64,000 nucleotides of DNA from a virus (Duplodnaviria; Caudoviricetes), in IMG/VR virus record IMGVR_UViG_3300021364_000005; one strand, written 5' to 3'. Numbering within the stretch: the first letter of the stretch is position 1; the number at the start of each line of letters is the position of its first letter. This document shows, in pieces, positions 27,426 to 36,810 of this stretch. The translations under genes were made by a program, and so were the position numbers. The notes beneath the pieces were generated by a model that was given only the letters and a program-made list of their open reading frames with translations, made no database searches and was not told where the DNA came from.

Positions 27426-27814
27426 CCTTTTTCTGCGTTTTTTTGTCGAGAAATTGCTTTTGTTAGTCCAAATTTTCTTACATCGCCACTAAAAAGACTA
27501 AGCTCTAATGCTTTCTTTTCGTTCGTTACACAAATACTTCTTGGACCTAAGTAATATGGACAGTCGATAAACTGATCTAACCATATAATTACATTTGTCG
27601 TAAACTCCATATCTTTGGGATATGGTACATCGTAAATCTTTAAGTCTAATTTTTCTACCAGAAAGTCATAGCCATCTTCTGTCAATCGAAGTCCACCGCT
27701 TTCCTTGTTTCTAGTATTTTTCCAAAGTCTGTGTAAGTAGTCTTTTACTGTAGCTTCATTTATAGAAATATCAGCTTGCTTCAGAAAAATTTTAGTATAA
27801 AGTTCTTTATTCAT
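27422..27814 (-). CDS. Hypothetical phage protein
   Basis: In-strand tiling ORF. Confidence 0.7.
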   Translation of the reverse strand: MNKELYTKIFLKQADISINEATVKDYLHRLWKNTRNKESGGLRLTEDGYDFLVEKLDLKIYDVPYPKDMEFTTNVIIWLDQFIDCPYYLGPRSICVTNEKKALELSLFSGDVRKFGLTKAISRQKNAEKG

Positions 27815-28103
27815 TGTTTTCTGTCACTTTTTCGCCGTCTGTTAGTTTAACAACGCAAAACTGATCAGTATTAAATAATTCATTCAGTCTAGTAGCAAGA
27901 TTAAATGCATGACCGGGATTAGAAAAACTAGTCTTCTTATACTTAGGTCCGGGGTAATTTGTTAATGCATTAGAACTTTTTAAATTAAATGGAGCATCAT
28001 TATAAAATACAGCCCAAATAGAATCTGCCTCTAAAACTTGCTCCATTCTGTAAGTTTTTTTATTTATGTACTCTAAAATTACTTTGGGCTTAGGTCTGCT
28101 CAT
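27807..28103 (-). CDS. Hypothetical phage protein
   Basis: Late promoter (28128-28134) and AAGGA SD. Confidence 0.75.
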   Translation of the reverse strand: MSRPKPKVILEYINKKTYRMEQVLEADSIWAVFYNDAPFNLKSSNALTNYPGPKYKKTSFSNPGHAFNLATRLNELFNTDQFCVVKLTDGEKVTENNE

Positions 28104-28141
28104 ATACGTATCCTTTATATACGTATATATTTATCTCTTTT

Positions 28142-28384
28142 TTACCAAGAATTCCCACCGTCAACGGAGATATTGACTACTTCGTTTTGTCCTGAATATT
28201 GCTTTTGAAGTAATTGTTCTAAGTCACCATTTAGTCTTGACATAACTTCACCTAAAGTAAATGCTAAACCTTTTGCTTGTTGCATTGTAAGTTTAACTTC
28301 TTTGGCATTACTTGAATCTGCTGCCTTTACATTTTGAATAAACGATGTTATAGGAAATGTATTAATTGGTTGATCTGACTGCAT
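28142..28384 (-). CDS. Hypothetical phage protein
   Basis: In-strand tiling ORF. Confidence 0.65.
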   Translation of the reverse strand: MQSDQPINTFPITSFIQNVKAADSSNAKEVKLTMQQAKGLAFTLGEVMSRLNGDLEQLLQKQYSGQNEVVNISVDGGNSW

Positions 28385-28841
28385 ATGATAACTCCTCTCT
28401 CATTACACTAGATGTTTTAAAGGGTCCTTTATAATTATACTTTTGTAAAGTTACTAGTTTCGGACAGAAACTTTTAACCCAACCTTTATCAAATTGGATA
28501 ATGTAATAACCAGCACAATACAGACTTTTAGATTTCTCACTTTTCGTAAATAAAGGAAGTTTGTTTTTTACATCATAAATGATATTATAAGGTGTAGTGC
28601 TTGTAGGGAAATCATATGCAATTTTATCTACTGACTCAGCATCACTGACAGTGTTCTGTGACCATTGTATTTTTGTTCCAAGGTCTTTAGTAAGAGCATT
28701 TTTTGTAGGATAAAGTTTTGTACCTGTATCGCAAGTGTACATATATTGTTCATCTGATACAGAAAGAGTACCGATATTACTACCGTTACTTTCTAATATC
28801 CAAAACTTGTTATCAATAATTGTTTTTGCTTTAATTGTCAT
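28362..28841 (-). CDS. Hypothetical phage protein
   Basis: ATGA overlap with the RNase H stop places the start at 28841. Confidence 0.7.
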   Translation of the reverse strand: MTIKAKTIIDNKFWILESNGSNIGTLSVSDEQYMYTCDTGTKLYPTKNALTKDLGTKIQWSQNTVSDAESVDKIAYDFPTSTTPYNIIYDVKNKLPLFTKSEKSKSLYCAGYYIIQFDKGWVKSFCPKLVTLQKYNYKGPFKTSSVMREELSYAVRSTN

Positions 28842-29821
28842 ATAGGTAGCCTCGCTTGTAATGGTTCTGAAAATGTCTGTACTTGGTCTGCTACTCGTTG
28901 CATATCCCACTTAGCACAGAACTTTAATAACCGTACCCCTACGGTATTAATTTGTTTTTGTTCTACTTGATTGATAGTAGTATTAATTATCTCTCTAATA
29001 TCTTCTGGTTGTGCTGTTAAGTCGCACAATGTTACATTGCGGTTGTAGTCGTCCAAAACACGGTGCTCAACGCCATTATGATCAACCCAACGCTGTAGCA
29101 TAAGATTATTCCAGTTATAACCTTTCGTAGATTTATCTTCAAATGCTTCAATTAGTCCTACCTTATTCTTTGTGCCTTTCTTACGTACACCAGGATATGC
29201 GGAGAACACATTATCACTTGTGTCGCCACGCATACACTTTTCAAATAACATCCATTCAGGATGCGGTGCAGGCTTAGGTTCTTTAGTTTTCTTATCAATA
29301 ACCTCTTTGCCTTTGTCGTCAAAGTAACCTTCATGTGTAATAGTTGTGTTACTAACACCATTATATTGACGCACATTAGGTGCAATTAACTGTGCGAAGT
29401 CACCATCAGTTGAAATAATAACATGATTGTCATTAGGGTGTGTCTGCACCCATCCTGCAATAAGATCATCTGCTTCTAGCACCTTATTATGTAATACAGT
29501 GCAGTTAGTTTTTTCAGATACAAATGCTTTAAACTCGTCAAATACTTCAAAGAAAATTTTATCTTCTTCTGCTTCTCGTGGGCTCATAGCATCACGATGC
29601 TCTTTGCGGTTGCGTTTGTAAGGCTCATAATAGTCTTTACGCCAACTACGTCCTTCTAAGCAAAAAACAACATGATCAGCATTAAAGTCATTCCATGCTT
29701 TTCTGATACTCTGTAGAGTAACGTGTAATGCCATGCCTACTTTCGTGTCAATATCTCCACGCACTACATGACGGGCACGGAAAAACGTATTCATTGTGTC
29801 TACAAGTACATAAGTTGCCAT
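28838..29821 (-). CDS. rnh: T4-type RNase H / 5'-3' flap exonuclease
   Basis: LVDTMN, CLEGRSWR, EADDLI, STDGDF, GDTSDN. Confidence 0.88.
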   Translation of the reverse strand: MATYVLVDTMNTFFRARHVVRGDIDTKVGMALHVTLQSIRKAWNDFNADHVVFCLEGRSWRKDYYEPYKRNRKEHRDAMSPREAEEDKIFFEVFDEFKAFVSEKTNCTVLHNKVLEADDLIAGWVQTHPNDNHVIISTDGDFAQLIAPNVRQYNGVSNTTITHEGYFDDKGKEVIDKKTKEPKPAPHPEWMLFEKCMRGDTSDNVFSAYPGVRKKGTKNKVGLIEAFEDKSTKGYNWNNLMLQRWVDHNGVEHRVLDDYNRNVTLCDLTAQPEDIREIINTTINQVEQKQINTVGVRLLKFCAKWDMQRVADQVQTFSEPLQARLPI

Positions 29822-29854
29822 AATTATAACCTATCTATATTAATTATATGTACT

Positions 29855-29883
29855 ATTATTACATATATGTGTTAATTTGTCAA
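29855..29883 (-). promoter_or_regulatory. sigma70-type promoter for rnh
   Basis: TTGACA-17nt-AATAAT (TAATAA at 16 nt). Confidence 0.6.
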
Positions 29884-30270
29884 GCAAAATTCTTCCTCAA
29901 TATACCGTTTTAGTTCATGATCCCCGACATTTTCAGGTAGTTCTTTTTTATAAAATAGTCTATAACTGTCTGATCCGTACTTACCAATTCCGTATAGTTC
30001 TGTTGCATCATTTCCGTCCCAGTCACCGAACTGTTCACTCATGCGATATAGTCTTTCTGCTCTTATCCTACGCATACCAAGTGGTGCAATTACTTCTTCA
30101 ATCTCTTTGCGTGTTGCATAAAGCAATGCTTCATGGGTTGGCCAGCGTTTGAAAAATTTAGGAAGTACAGATTTAACTTGTTTTCTTCCAGTTTGGTTGA
30201 GACATATGACACCTACCATATGCTGCCATATGTTATCTACCTGTTGTTGTACCATTAAATCGTCACGCAT
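29872..30270 (-). CDS. MBD4-like HhH-GPD DNA glycosylase
   Basis: ICLNQT, PLGM, ELYGIGKYGSDSYRLF, VGDHEL; GAGG SD before ATG 30270. Confidence 0.82.
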   Translation of the reverse strand: MRDDLMVQQQVDNIWQHMVGVICLNQTGRKQVKSVLPKFFKRWPTHEALLYATRKEIEEVIAPLGMRRIRAERLYRMSEQFGDWDGNDATELYGIGKYGSDSYRLFYKKELPENVGDHELKRYIEEEFCLTN

Positions 30271-30277
30271 GGTTTCC

Positions 30278-30859
30278 TCATACATAGCTAGTGTTGAAAC
30301 TTATTACTTGTCTTTTCTCAGTGCTTGTTTCCATTTTAGTCTCATGTTCTAACCAGCTAGGAAAGATGTAAAGCGTTAAAGGTTTTGGTTTGACATAGTG
30401 ATAGTATGTATTATGTTCATTCTCGCCATCGAATAAGTCAAACATCCTGTAAGGTTTAAGAGGGCTATGAAACATCAGTTCGGCACTATCATCTGCGCCT
30501 TGCACATACAATGCACCACTGCATACACTTCCTTCGTGTCTATGCGGCATCACTTTTGCACCTTTAGATGTTATGTTAGTCCAACAATTTGTAATGCCTA
30601 ATTTGCGCAAGTTTAATAGTTTCTCGTATTCTGCAATACAAGTAAACAAAATATCACCTAACCAATCAAAACCTTCTGCATCAGTTAATAAATTTTGATA
30701 CACAGCATAAGTGCTTACACCATCTCTTATTAAGTCGTGTGTCTCGCAAACTGATTCTAAATTTTTTAACTGTTCTATTTGGCTTTCATTTATAACTTCT
30801 TCTAAATTATATTCTAATATGCTAGTCGGAAAGACGCTATGTAAGCCAATTTGTATCAT
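30278..30859 (-). CDS. Putative 2OG-Fe(II) oxygenase (TIGR02466-like)
   Basis: CWTN, PHRH..CSGALYV, IFPSWLEH, ISFN. Confidence 0.8.
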   Translation of the reverse strand: MIQIGLHSVFPTSILEYNLEEVINESQIEQLKNLESVCETHDLIRDGVSTYAVYQNLLTDAEGFDWLGDILFTCIAEYEKLLNLRKLGITNCWTNITSKGAKVMPHRHEGSVCSGALYVQGADDSAELMFHSPLKPYRMFDLFDGENEHNTYYHYVKPKPLTLYIFPSWLEHETKMETSTEKRQVISFNTSYV

Positions 30860-31257
30860 GAAACTTCGCTTTTGCCTTTATCAATTGGTACAACGTTAAT
30901 AAACCCTGCACCTCTATCGGTGCTTTGTCCCTCTGCTTCTAACATATTGTAAACAATATCACGGAACCAACGATCCACAATTTCTTCTTCTGGATCACCT
31001 TCACTACCGTATCCTGCTGTCATTAGTTCTTGTATAAAATATTCATTCCAATCTAATTCAAAAAAGCCATTGCGAACATTTTCTTCGTTTACTTTAACAT
31101 CAAGTACACTTACCCAAGGTTCTTTACGCTTTGTTGCATACGCTTTAGGATCTTTCTTTTTAAGAAGTTCAGCTTTTTCAGTTTCTATTTGTTTTTTTTC
31201 TGCTTCTAAACGCTCTTCTTCTTTTTTGTCTCTTACGAGTTTATTCCACCAACCCAT
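30856..31257 (-). CDS. Hypothetical phage protein
   Basis: In-strand tiling ORF. Confidence 0.7.
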   Translation of the reverse strand: MGWWNKLVRDKKEEERLEAEKKQIETEKAELLKKKDPKAYATKRKEPWVSVLDVKVNEENVRNGFFELDWNEYFIQELMTAGYGSEGDPEEEIVDRWFRDIVYNMLEAEGQSTDRGAGFINVVPIDKGKSEVS

Positions 31258-31412
31258 TATAGTCCTGCCTCCCTAGCACGTTTTTCTAAATCTACGTCTG
31301 CTTCTTTACGATTAACTGCATCGTATGAAGGATAACCTTTTTCAAATACAGGAGCTTCAAATGCTTGTTCATGCTTCTTTGCTTTCTCCACAGTCTTAGG
31401 TCCCCCATGCAT
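31257..31412 (-). CDS. Possible 51 aa hypothetical protein
   Basis: The 3' part of track ORF 31257..31814 fills the gap after queE; ATG at 31412. Confidence 0.4.
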   Translation of the reverse strand: MHGGPKTVEKAKKHEQAFEAPVFEKGYPSYDAVNRKEADVDLEKRAREAGL

Positions 31413-32289
31413 TTCCGAATAAGCTAATGTGGAGTCTTGGACTGAATCGCCATCCTCGCTCCATGCACGAGTTGGCCACTTCTGCCACGTTAAGATTATA
31501 CTCTTCCGAACGTCCGCCAAGCGGCATAAGATATACTGGACACTCGACGCCTGCATCACGATATTCTTGAACAGCACGACCAACTTCTTCAAAGTCGTCC
31601 ATACTAGCCACGACAAATTTAAAATACTGGCTACTGTTAGTAACACTGGCGTAATCACTAGCAACATCAGGCAAGATAGCATCACTCCAAGATTCTCCTG
31701 AAACGGAGAGTTTAGGCGAACAACTAAATGTTGTTTTGAATCTTGCATTGTCTGAAAGATATCGCTTGAAATCTTTGTGTAAAGGTTGTGTAGTGTTTGT
31801 TTCAAATGTAACATTTTTTAAGTCCCTCATTTTCGGATGTTCAAACAGCTCGACATACAGTCGTTGCCAAGCAAGTAATGGCTCACCGCCAGTAAGAATA
31901 AGATGAATGTCTTGTCCATTATCCATAGTCCATTTACCTTCTGGTAGTAAACTAATCAAATGATCAACAACTTCATCTACTTCTGCTAGTTTGTTAAAGT
32001 GTTTAAACTCTGGATAGATGCTTGCATATGTATCACAGCCTGTATGAATGATAGGCAAGTCCTCAAACTTTTCTGTAGTCTCGTGTACACCTGCATCGAG
32101 CAATGCTTTTACTTCTGCATTGTAACGCTGACCTTCTGCGTGCTGTTCCCAACGATCTTTTTTAGTATCAACACCAAAGTTCATACAACGAAAGTTACAA
32201 CCAAAGGTACGTAGGAACACACTAGGTACTCCTACGTATTTGCCTTCGCCTTGTACGCTATAGAACGCTTCACTATACCTCAGTTTCAT
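31396..32289 (-). CDS. queE: 7-carboxy-7-deazaguanine synthase QueE (radical SAM)
   Basis: EAFYSVQGEG, VFLRTFGCNFRC...GCDT, LTGGEPL, ETN, SPKLS, RLH; GGAGG SD. Confidence 0.88.
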   Translation of the reverse strand: MKLRYSEAFYSVQGEGKYVGVPSVFLRTFGCNFRCMNFGVDTKKDRWEQHAEGQRYNAEVKALLDAGVHETTEKFEDLPIIHTGCDTYASIYPEFKHFNKLAEVDEVVDHLISLLPEGKWTMDNGQDIHLILTGGEPLLAWQRLYVELFEHPKMRDLKNVTFETNTTQPLHKDFKRYLSDNARFKTTFSCSPKLSVSGESWSDAILPDVASDYASVTNSSQYFKFVVASMDDFEEVGRAVQEYRDAGVECPVYLMPLGGRSEEYNLNVAEVANSCMERGWRFSPRLHISLFGNAWGT

Positions 32290-32557
32290 CAACGTCCTCC
32301 ATAATATTTTCTAAATCATCAAACGATGCTACATATTTTTTATTTGATCGATCATCTAGTACTTCTACTAATCGACTAGCAGTATCACGTGCAACCAATG
32401 CACCTGTGCTTGTGTAATTACCGTATTTTGCAACAGGTAAGTCTGCCATGCTATACATACCACCTGGACGACCAAATTGATCTAGTGGAATATCTTTTAC
32501 TGTAAATGTACAGTTGTAAGATTTACCTGGGGTAATATTTTCAATTGAAATACTCAT
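32273..32557 (-). CDS. Hypothetical protein
   Basis: TAATG coupling with folE. Confidence 0.65.
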   Translation of the reverse strand: MSISIENITPGKSYNCTFTVKDIPLDQFGRPGGMYSMADLPVAKYGNYTSTGALVARDTASRLVEVLDDRSNKKYVASFDDLENIMEDVDETEV

Positions 32558-33240
32558 TAGCAAGCAAACTCCTGTTGCAGTTTAATATTGTCAAAGAACT
32601 CTTTCTTTGTACCCGGATCGTCTTTAAATGCACCTTTTAGTACAGTTGTTTGTGTTAAACTACTATGTGCCATAATGCCACGGTTCTCACAACAACCATG
32701 TGTTGCTTGAATATACACACCTAAGTGTTCTGCATTAGTTGCTAGTTGAATTTGCTTTGCAATTTCGTTTGCAAGTTCTTCTTGCAGTGTTCCACGTCTA
32801 GCACACCACTGTGCAATACGTGTATACTTACTAAGTCCAATAAGTTTCTCAGCGGCAATAATACCAATGTATGCAGTACCTACTACTGGCTGATGATGAT
32901 GTGAACACATACTTTTTAGTTCTGATCGAACTACAAGCATACCTTCGTATCGTTCTTCTGAATCATTTGGAAATGCTGTTGCACCCGGCTTTGGATCGTA
33001 ACGTCCTGCCATAATTTCATTAAAGTACATTTTAGCAAGGCGTCTTGCTGTACCTTCTGAATTTGGGTCATTAAGACGATCAATTACAAGTGCATCTAGC
33101 ACACTTTCGAATGCTCTAGTAGCATCGTTAATTAATTCTTCTTTATCACCACGTTGTAAGACTTGTGAAATATTATCGCCAGCCCAGTAACGGATGCCAG
33201 CGTCTTCTAGTTTTTGTTTAATTTGTCTTGCTTTGCTCAA
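32557..33240 (-). CDS. folE: GTP cyclohydrolase I
   Basis: SMCSHH, GLSKYTRIA, LQEEL, HGCCENRG; TTG start with GGAG SD. Confidence 0.93.
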   Translation of the reverse strand: MSKARQIKQKLEDAGIRYWAGDNISQVLQRGDKEELINDATRAFESVLDALVIDRLNDPNSEGTARRLAKMYFNEIMAGRYDPKPGATAFPNDSEERYEGMLVVRSELKSMCSHHHQPVVGTAYIGIIAAEKLIGLSKYTRIAQWCARRGTLQEELANEIAKQIQLATNAEHLGVYIQATHGCCENRGIMAHSSLTQTTVLKGAFKDDPGTKKEFFDNIKLQQEFAC

Positions 33241-33280
33241 TTTGTTTCTCCGAGTTATAGACGAGGATGTCTATTGTTTT

Positions 33281-33309
33281 AATATACAGTATATTTAGGT
33301 TTTTGTCAA
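33281..33309 (-). promoter_or_regulatory. sigma70-type promoter for folE-queE
   Basis: TTGACA-17nt-TATATT with TG extension. Confidence 0.8.
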
Positions 33310-33312
33310 CCA

Positions 33313-33558
33313 TTAACCGTTCAATTGTTCTTTTTCATCCAACATATCATCAAGAAAGTATCTTTCAACAATGTCCATTTGATCTTGATATGTTGCCATT
33401 TCTGCAAGTTCTTTTTCAATTGCGTCCATGATGTCCGGGTGTTCGCCAACACCTACAGCATTTTCTAAATATACTTCAATGTTGATTTTATGTTTTTGAA
33501 TATGTGCATCTGCATGAGCCATTATAGTCTCTAGCATTTTTTGTTTCATAGTTTTCAT
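33313..33558 (-). CDS. Small conserved T4-like phage protein
   Basis: VGVGEHPDI motif; AAGGA SD. Confidence 0.7.
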   Translation of the reverse strand: MKTMKQKMLETIMAHADAHIQKHKINIEVYLENAVGVGEHPDIMDAIEKELAEMATYQDQMDIVERYFLDDMLDEKEQLNG

Positions 33559-33571
33559 GTTAATTTTCCTT

Positions 33572-34141
33572 TTAATAACTTCCCACGTTTTCCCATGGGT
33601 ACACTAACCATACATCTTTTTCTTCTTTATTAACTTCATCGCAGTAATAGTTAACCTTGTGCGAAAAGTTACTAGACAAGTTATCCGTTAGTACGGCAAA
33701 ACGGACATTATTACCGAATACATTATTCCAAACATCATCGCCTGGTAAACAACTAGATTTCCAATCCTTTATAAGCCAATTAAATGTTGCACCTGTATCG
33801 TTGATGTCATCTACAATAAGTATGTTCTTTTTCTTTTGAGGATTATGGGTAGATGTTGGATAAAGATCATCTCTATCTCTAACTTCTTCGTAACCGTATG
33901 CATCTTCGGCCATCCAACAATTACTTTCTAAATGACTATCATCGTCACGTAAAGCTATTTTAAGTGCTTCGCAACGGATACCAGTCATATTACTTATAAT
34001 AGTTGCAGGCACATTGCCTCCTCTGGTTATTCCTATGATGTAATCCGGGCGCCAATTATCAGCATACATTTGATTAACTATGCTGACACACATATTTTCT
34101 ACATCAGTCCATGAATAAATCTTCTTAGAAGGGGATGTCAT
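33572..34141 (-). CDS. Type I phosphoribosyltransferase
   Basis: IGITRGG; ILIVDDINDTGAT PRPP loop; WLVYPWE. Confidence 0.88.
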   Translation of the reverse strand: MTSPSKKIYSWTDVENMCVSIVNQMYADNWRPDYIIGITRGGNVPATIISNMTGIRCEALKIALRDDDSHLESNCWMAEDAYGYEEVRDRDDLYPTSTHNPQKKKNILIVDDINDTGATFNWLIKDWKSSCLPGDDVWNNVFGNNVRFAVLTDNLSSNFSHKVNYYCDEVNKEEKDVWLVYPWENVGSY

Positions 34142-34541
34142 CGTCTAAACCTCGTTCTTTTAATTTGCCTTTGTAATCCTGTTCGCACATTTTATATATT
34201 GTTTTGAAATTATCATATGCTTTTTTAAGTGCAGGATATTCATCACACATATTATCTATTTTCTCTAATTCTGGCATCACATCCTTAAACTCAGTTGCAG
34301 TAATTGTAATGTTATTTAGGTCAAAAGTTACATCACTTGAGTCAACTATGCCATCTAAACTTATTGTATACATACCGTCAACGTTTGATGTTGCTAAAGT
34401 ATCAGTAGTATTAATAGTAATAGTGCTTGGACTTACTGTATCATATGCAACACTATAAGTCATATCGTCATAAGGAGAAAAGGAACTTGCCTCTTCTAGG
34501 GTGATATAAACTTGATCATCGTCGTCTTTCTTTTTAGACAT
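34125..34541 (-). CDS. Hypothetical protein
   Basis: Start at ATG 34541, overlapping the glycosyltransferase end. Confidence 0.65.
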   Translation of the reverse strand: MSKKKDDDDQVYITLEEASSFSPYDDMTYSVAYDTVSPSTITINTTDTLATSNVDGMYTISLDGIVDSSDVTFDLNNITITATEFKDVMPELEKIDNMCDEYPALKKAYDNFKTIYKMCEQDYKGKLKERGLDDDIPF

Positions 34542-35580
34542 CTGATATGGTCCTATATAATGCGTTTCCACTAAAATAATCTTTGTTCAGTTTCATACGC
34601 TGCTTTTCTAAACTTACAATATAATCATCGTAATTTTCCATATAGTCAACAATCTTAGCAGTAACATTGCCTCTATATTTTCTATATGAAGAATAATCTT
34701 CAGTCCAATCACTTGGATATTTGAATTCAGGAAGTGCCATTTCGCTATAGCTTAGTCTATCTGGAACCATTGGAATAGCATCTACAAGAGCACCTTCATA
34801 CCAACTAATACCAAGTGTTTCTTGTAAGTTAGCACTAAACACAAGTTTTGCTTCACCTAGCAAATTATGGTATTCATTCTTTGTAAGTGTTTGTTCTTGA
34901 CAAACTATAAACTCGTATTGTGGTAATTGTGCTTTAAGATCATGGAATATATCTACTTGTTTTTCCGGAGCAATACGATGCGGGAAAAGAATAAGATCAC
35001 GCTTTTCCATACCTTTGTAACTATCTAAACTGTTCTTTAGATACTCCATAGGCCAGCCTACACGATGAGTTTTATCATCATCTATATCTAAACTTTCAGC
35101 AAATAGATCTATATGGAAGTCACTTGCAAAGAAGTTATCGTCATAGCATTCATACATTGACTGCTCGGCATGACGTACCCAAGGCTTGTCGCCAATTAAT
35201 CTTCCGAGGAAGTCTTGGGGATCATAACTTCCGGCGTGCCATAAGCCCCCAATACGGACATCCACGCCGAGTAATTCTGCCATGTAGCGTAGTTGTATAA
35301 CAGTAGGGTTCCAAGCATCTGTGTATAAAAAGTAGTCATCGGTTTTAACTGTTCCATTACAAAACATTTCTCCAATTTGTTCTAGTTGTTTTGATTTATA
35401 AACATTAGTTCCGCCAAAATTGAGAAAAGCCCCAGGCGTAGTAGCCTGCGGCGTTTCCCCTCCGCTGATAACAACGACATCTTCATTTGTAGATCGTTCG
35501 AGCTGTTGTGGAAGGTGATCCTTCCATTGCTTAGTATAGCGTGTGTCAACTGCTTCTATATCTACAATATAAATAGTCAT
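34534..35580 (-). CDS. GT-B (GT4-like) glycosyltransferase
   Basis: FPHRIAPEKQ; ANLQETLGISWYEG (E-x7-E); PDRLSYSEM. Confidence 0.82.
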   Translation of the reverse strand: MTIYIVDIEAVDTRYTKQWKDHLPQQLERSTNEDVVVISGGETPQATTPGAFLNFGGTNVYKSKQLEQIGEMFCNGTVKTDDYFLYTDAWNPTVIQLRYMAELLGVDVRIGGLWHAGSYDPQDFLGRLIGDKPWVRHAEQSMYECYDDNFFASDFHIDLFAESLDIDDDKTHRVGWPMEYLKNSLDSYKGMEKRDLILFPHRIAPEKQVDIFHDLKAQLPQYEFIVCQEQTLTKNEYHNLLGEAKLVFSANLQETLGISWYEGALVDAIPMVPDRLSYSEMALPEFKYPSDWTEDYSSYRKYRGNVTAKIVDYMENYDDYIVSLEKQRMKLNKDYFSGNALYRTISDV

Positions 35581-35792
35581 TAATTACTCCGTTGTTGAAA
35601 CTTTCGTTGTGCGTGACGGTTCTTTGCACGAATCCAATTTAGGTGCTTCTGATATGCTTCCCATATAGGAGCTCCTTTTTTATACAAATCGGCTTCGTCA
35701 AACTTCTTGCCTTCAAAGCGGCAATAGTCACGAAACTTATCCAAATCGTTAAACACCTTAGTGTACGCTTCACGATTGAATTTAATAGACAT
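35580..35792 (-). CDS. Hypothetical protein
   Basis: Coupled ORF with GAGGA SD. Confidence 0.65.
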   Translation of the reverse strand: MSIKFNREAYTKVFNDLDKFRDYCRFEGKKFDEADLYKKGAPIWEAYQKHLNWIRAKNRHAQRKFQQRSN

Positions 35793-35807
35793 TTTCTCAT
35801 ATTCCTC

Positions 35808-36260
35808 TTATGATTGCTTAGGATAAATGTTGTGGCAGCCATTTTCTCCATCTTCGGAGACTTCGATAACAACAAAGCGGCCTGGATACTTTGTGTTAAT
35901 TTCTTCATATAGGTCATCTGCAATCATCTCGCAAGACTTATAATCAAGATTTAGTACATCATCTTTATAAAGATTTTCTAACCAGCGTTTGAACTGGATA
36001 AATTCAATTTCTCTGTCACTGTGTTTGACACTAATTGTAACTTTAAAATGGAACATATGGCGATGAGGATAACCTAAAAAGCTAACATCATACTCATCGC
36101 CTGTTGCTAGAGCAGGATCTTCTAGTGCCGCAGGATATTTATGAATTCCTTCCTTTTGAAAAGTGACCCAAATACTGCGGTTTACTTTCGATTCCATATA
36201 AATTTTCTTATCTTCTTCTCGCATCATGCGTAACATACCTTCATAATAACGTTCTTGCAT
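35808..36260 (-). CDS. QueD-like (6-pyruvoyl-tetrahydropterin synthase / T-fold) protein
   Basis: EGIH; PHRHMFH metal His motif; EIEFI; SCEMIA; context beside folE/queE. Confidence 0.68.
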   Translation of the reverse strand: MQERYYEGMLRMMREEDKKIYMESKVNRSIWVTFQKEGIHKYPAALEDPALATGDEYDVSFLGYPHRHMFHFKVTISVKHSDREIEFIQFKRWLENLYKDDVLNLDYKSCEMIADDLYEEINTKYPGRFVVIEVSEDGENGCHNIYPKQS

Positions 36261-36267
36261 TGTTTAT

Positions 36268-36296
36268 AGTATACTTTCATAGTAAGATCTTGTCAA
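36268..36296 (-). promoter_or_regulatory. sigma70-type promoter, near-leaderless, for the QueD-like gene
   Basis: TTGACA-17nt-TATACT, ATG 7 nt downstream. Confidence 0.78.
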
Positions 36297-36810
36297 GTCC
36301 ATATTTGCTCCAATCTGTAAATTTTTCTCTATCTAACAGATCGTGCAAACTATGACACCAGACACCTGGGTTGGACGCCTTAAAGTCTTTATCATCAATT
36401 TTCAACATAGTGTTGTAATTCCACTGTTTCACGTAAGGCACCGGAACGCGAAGTTGTGGGATAAAATTGTCATATTCAATTAAGCCTGATTCTAAAAATG
36501 CTTCAGCAAGTGCAATAGGAATATCTAAACTACAAAGATAACCTTCATCAAGGAACTCTGTAATCATATCTTCCCATTCACTCCATTCGTCTGCATCTTC
36601 TGGAAAATTAGTACCAGGATTAAAACTATGATTTGCACCAAAGAACAAGTGCTGACACTTTTCTTTTGTAAAGAATGTCATAATTTCTTCAGTATCTTGA
36701 ATACCTTCAATAAAAAGTGTTTTCATTTTATATGCAGGAGTCTTTTCTACTTCGTAACCTGTAAAGTAGCAAACCTTTTCTACAATACCTTCTTCGTAAT
36801 CTCTTTTCAT
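36277..36810 (-). CDS. Hypothetical protein in the deazaguanine cluster
   Basis: 177 aa coupled ORF (FTGYEVEKTP, FFGANHSF). Confidence 0.72.
   Translation of the reverse strand: MKRDYEEGIVEKVCYFTGYEVEKTPAYKMKTLFIEGIQDTEEIMTFFTKEKCQHLFFGANHSFNPGTNFPEDADEWSEWEDMITEFLDEGYLCSLDIPIALAEAFLESGLIEYDNFIPQLRVPVPYVKQWNYNTMLKIDDKDFKASNPGVWCHSLHDLLDREKFTDWSKYGLDKILL

Noticed and set aside
28102-28128. Palindromic TATACGTATA-like repeats (also near 4196)
   Set aside because: They are short and AT-rich, adjoin late promoters and are too few to separate from chance; at most a promoter-flank preference.
31413-31814. 5' part of track ORF 31257..31814
   Set aside because: It is an alternate frame fully overlapping the motif-supported queE. 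Only the last ~51 codons could be a real gene.
33241-33280. THF-II (folE) or preQ1 riboswitch
   Set aside because: The leader is only about 35 nt and I cannot match the consensus of either class. It is kept only as an unassigned hairpin.
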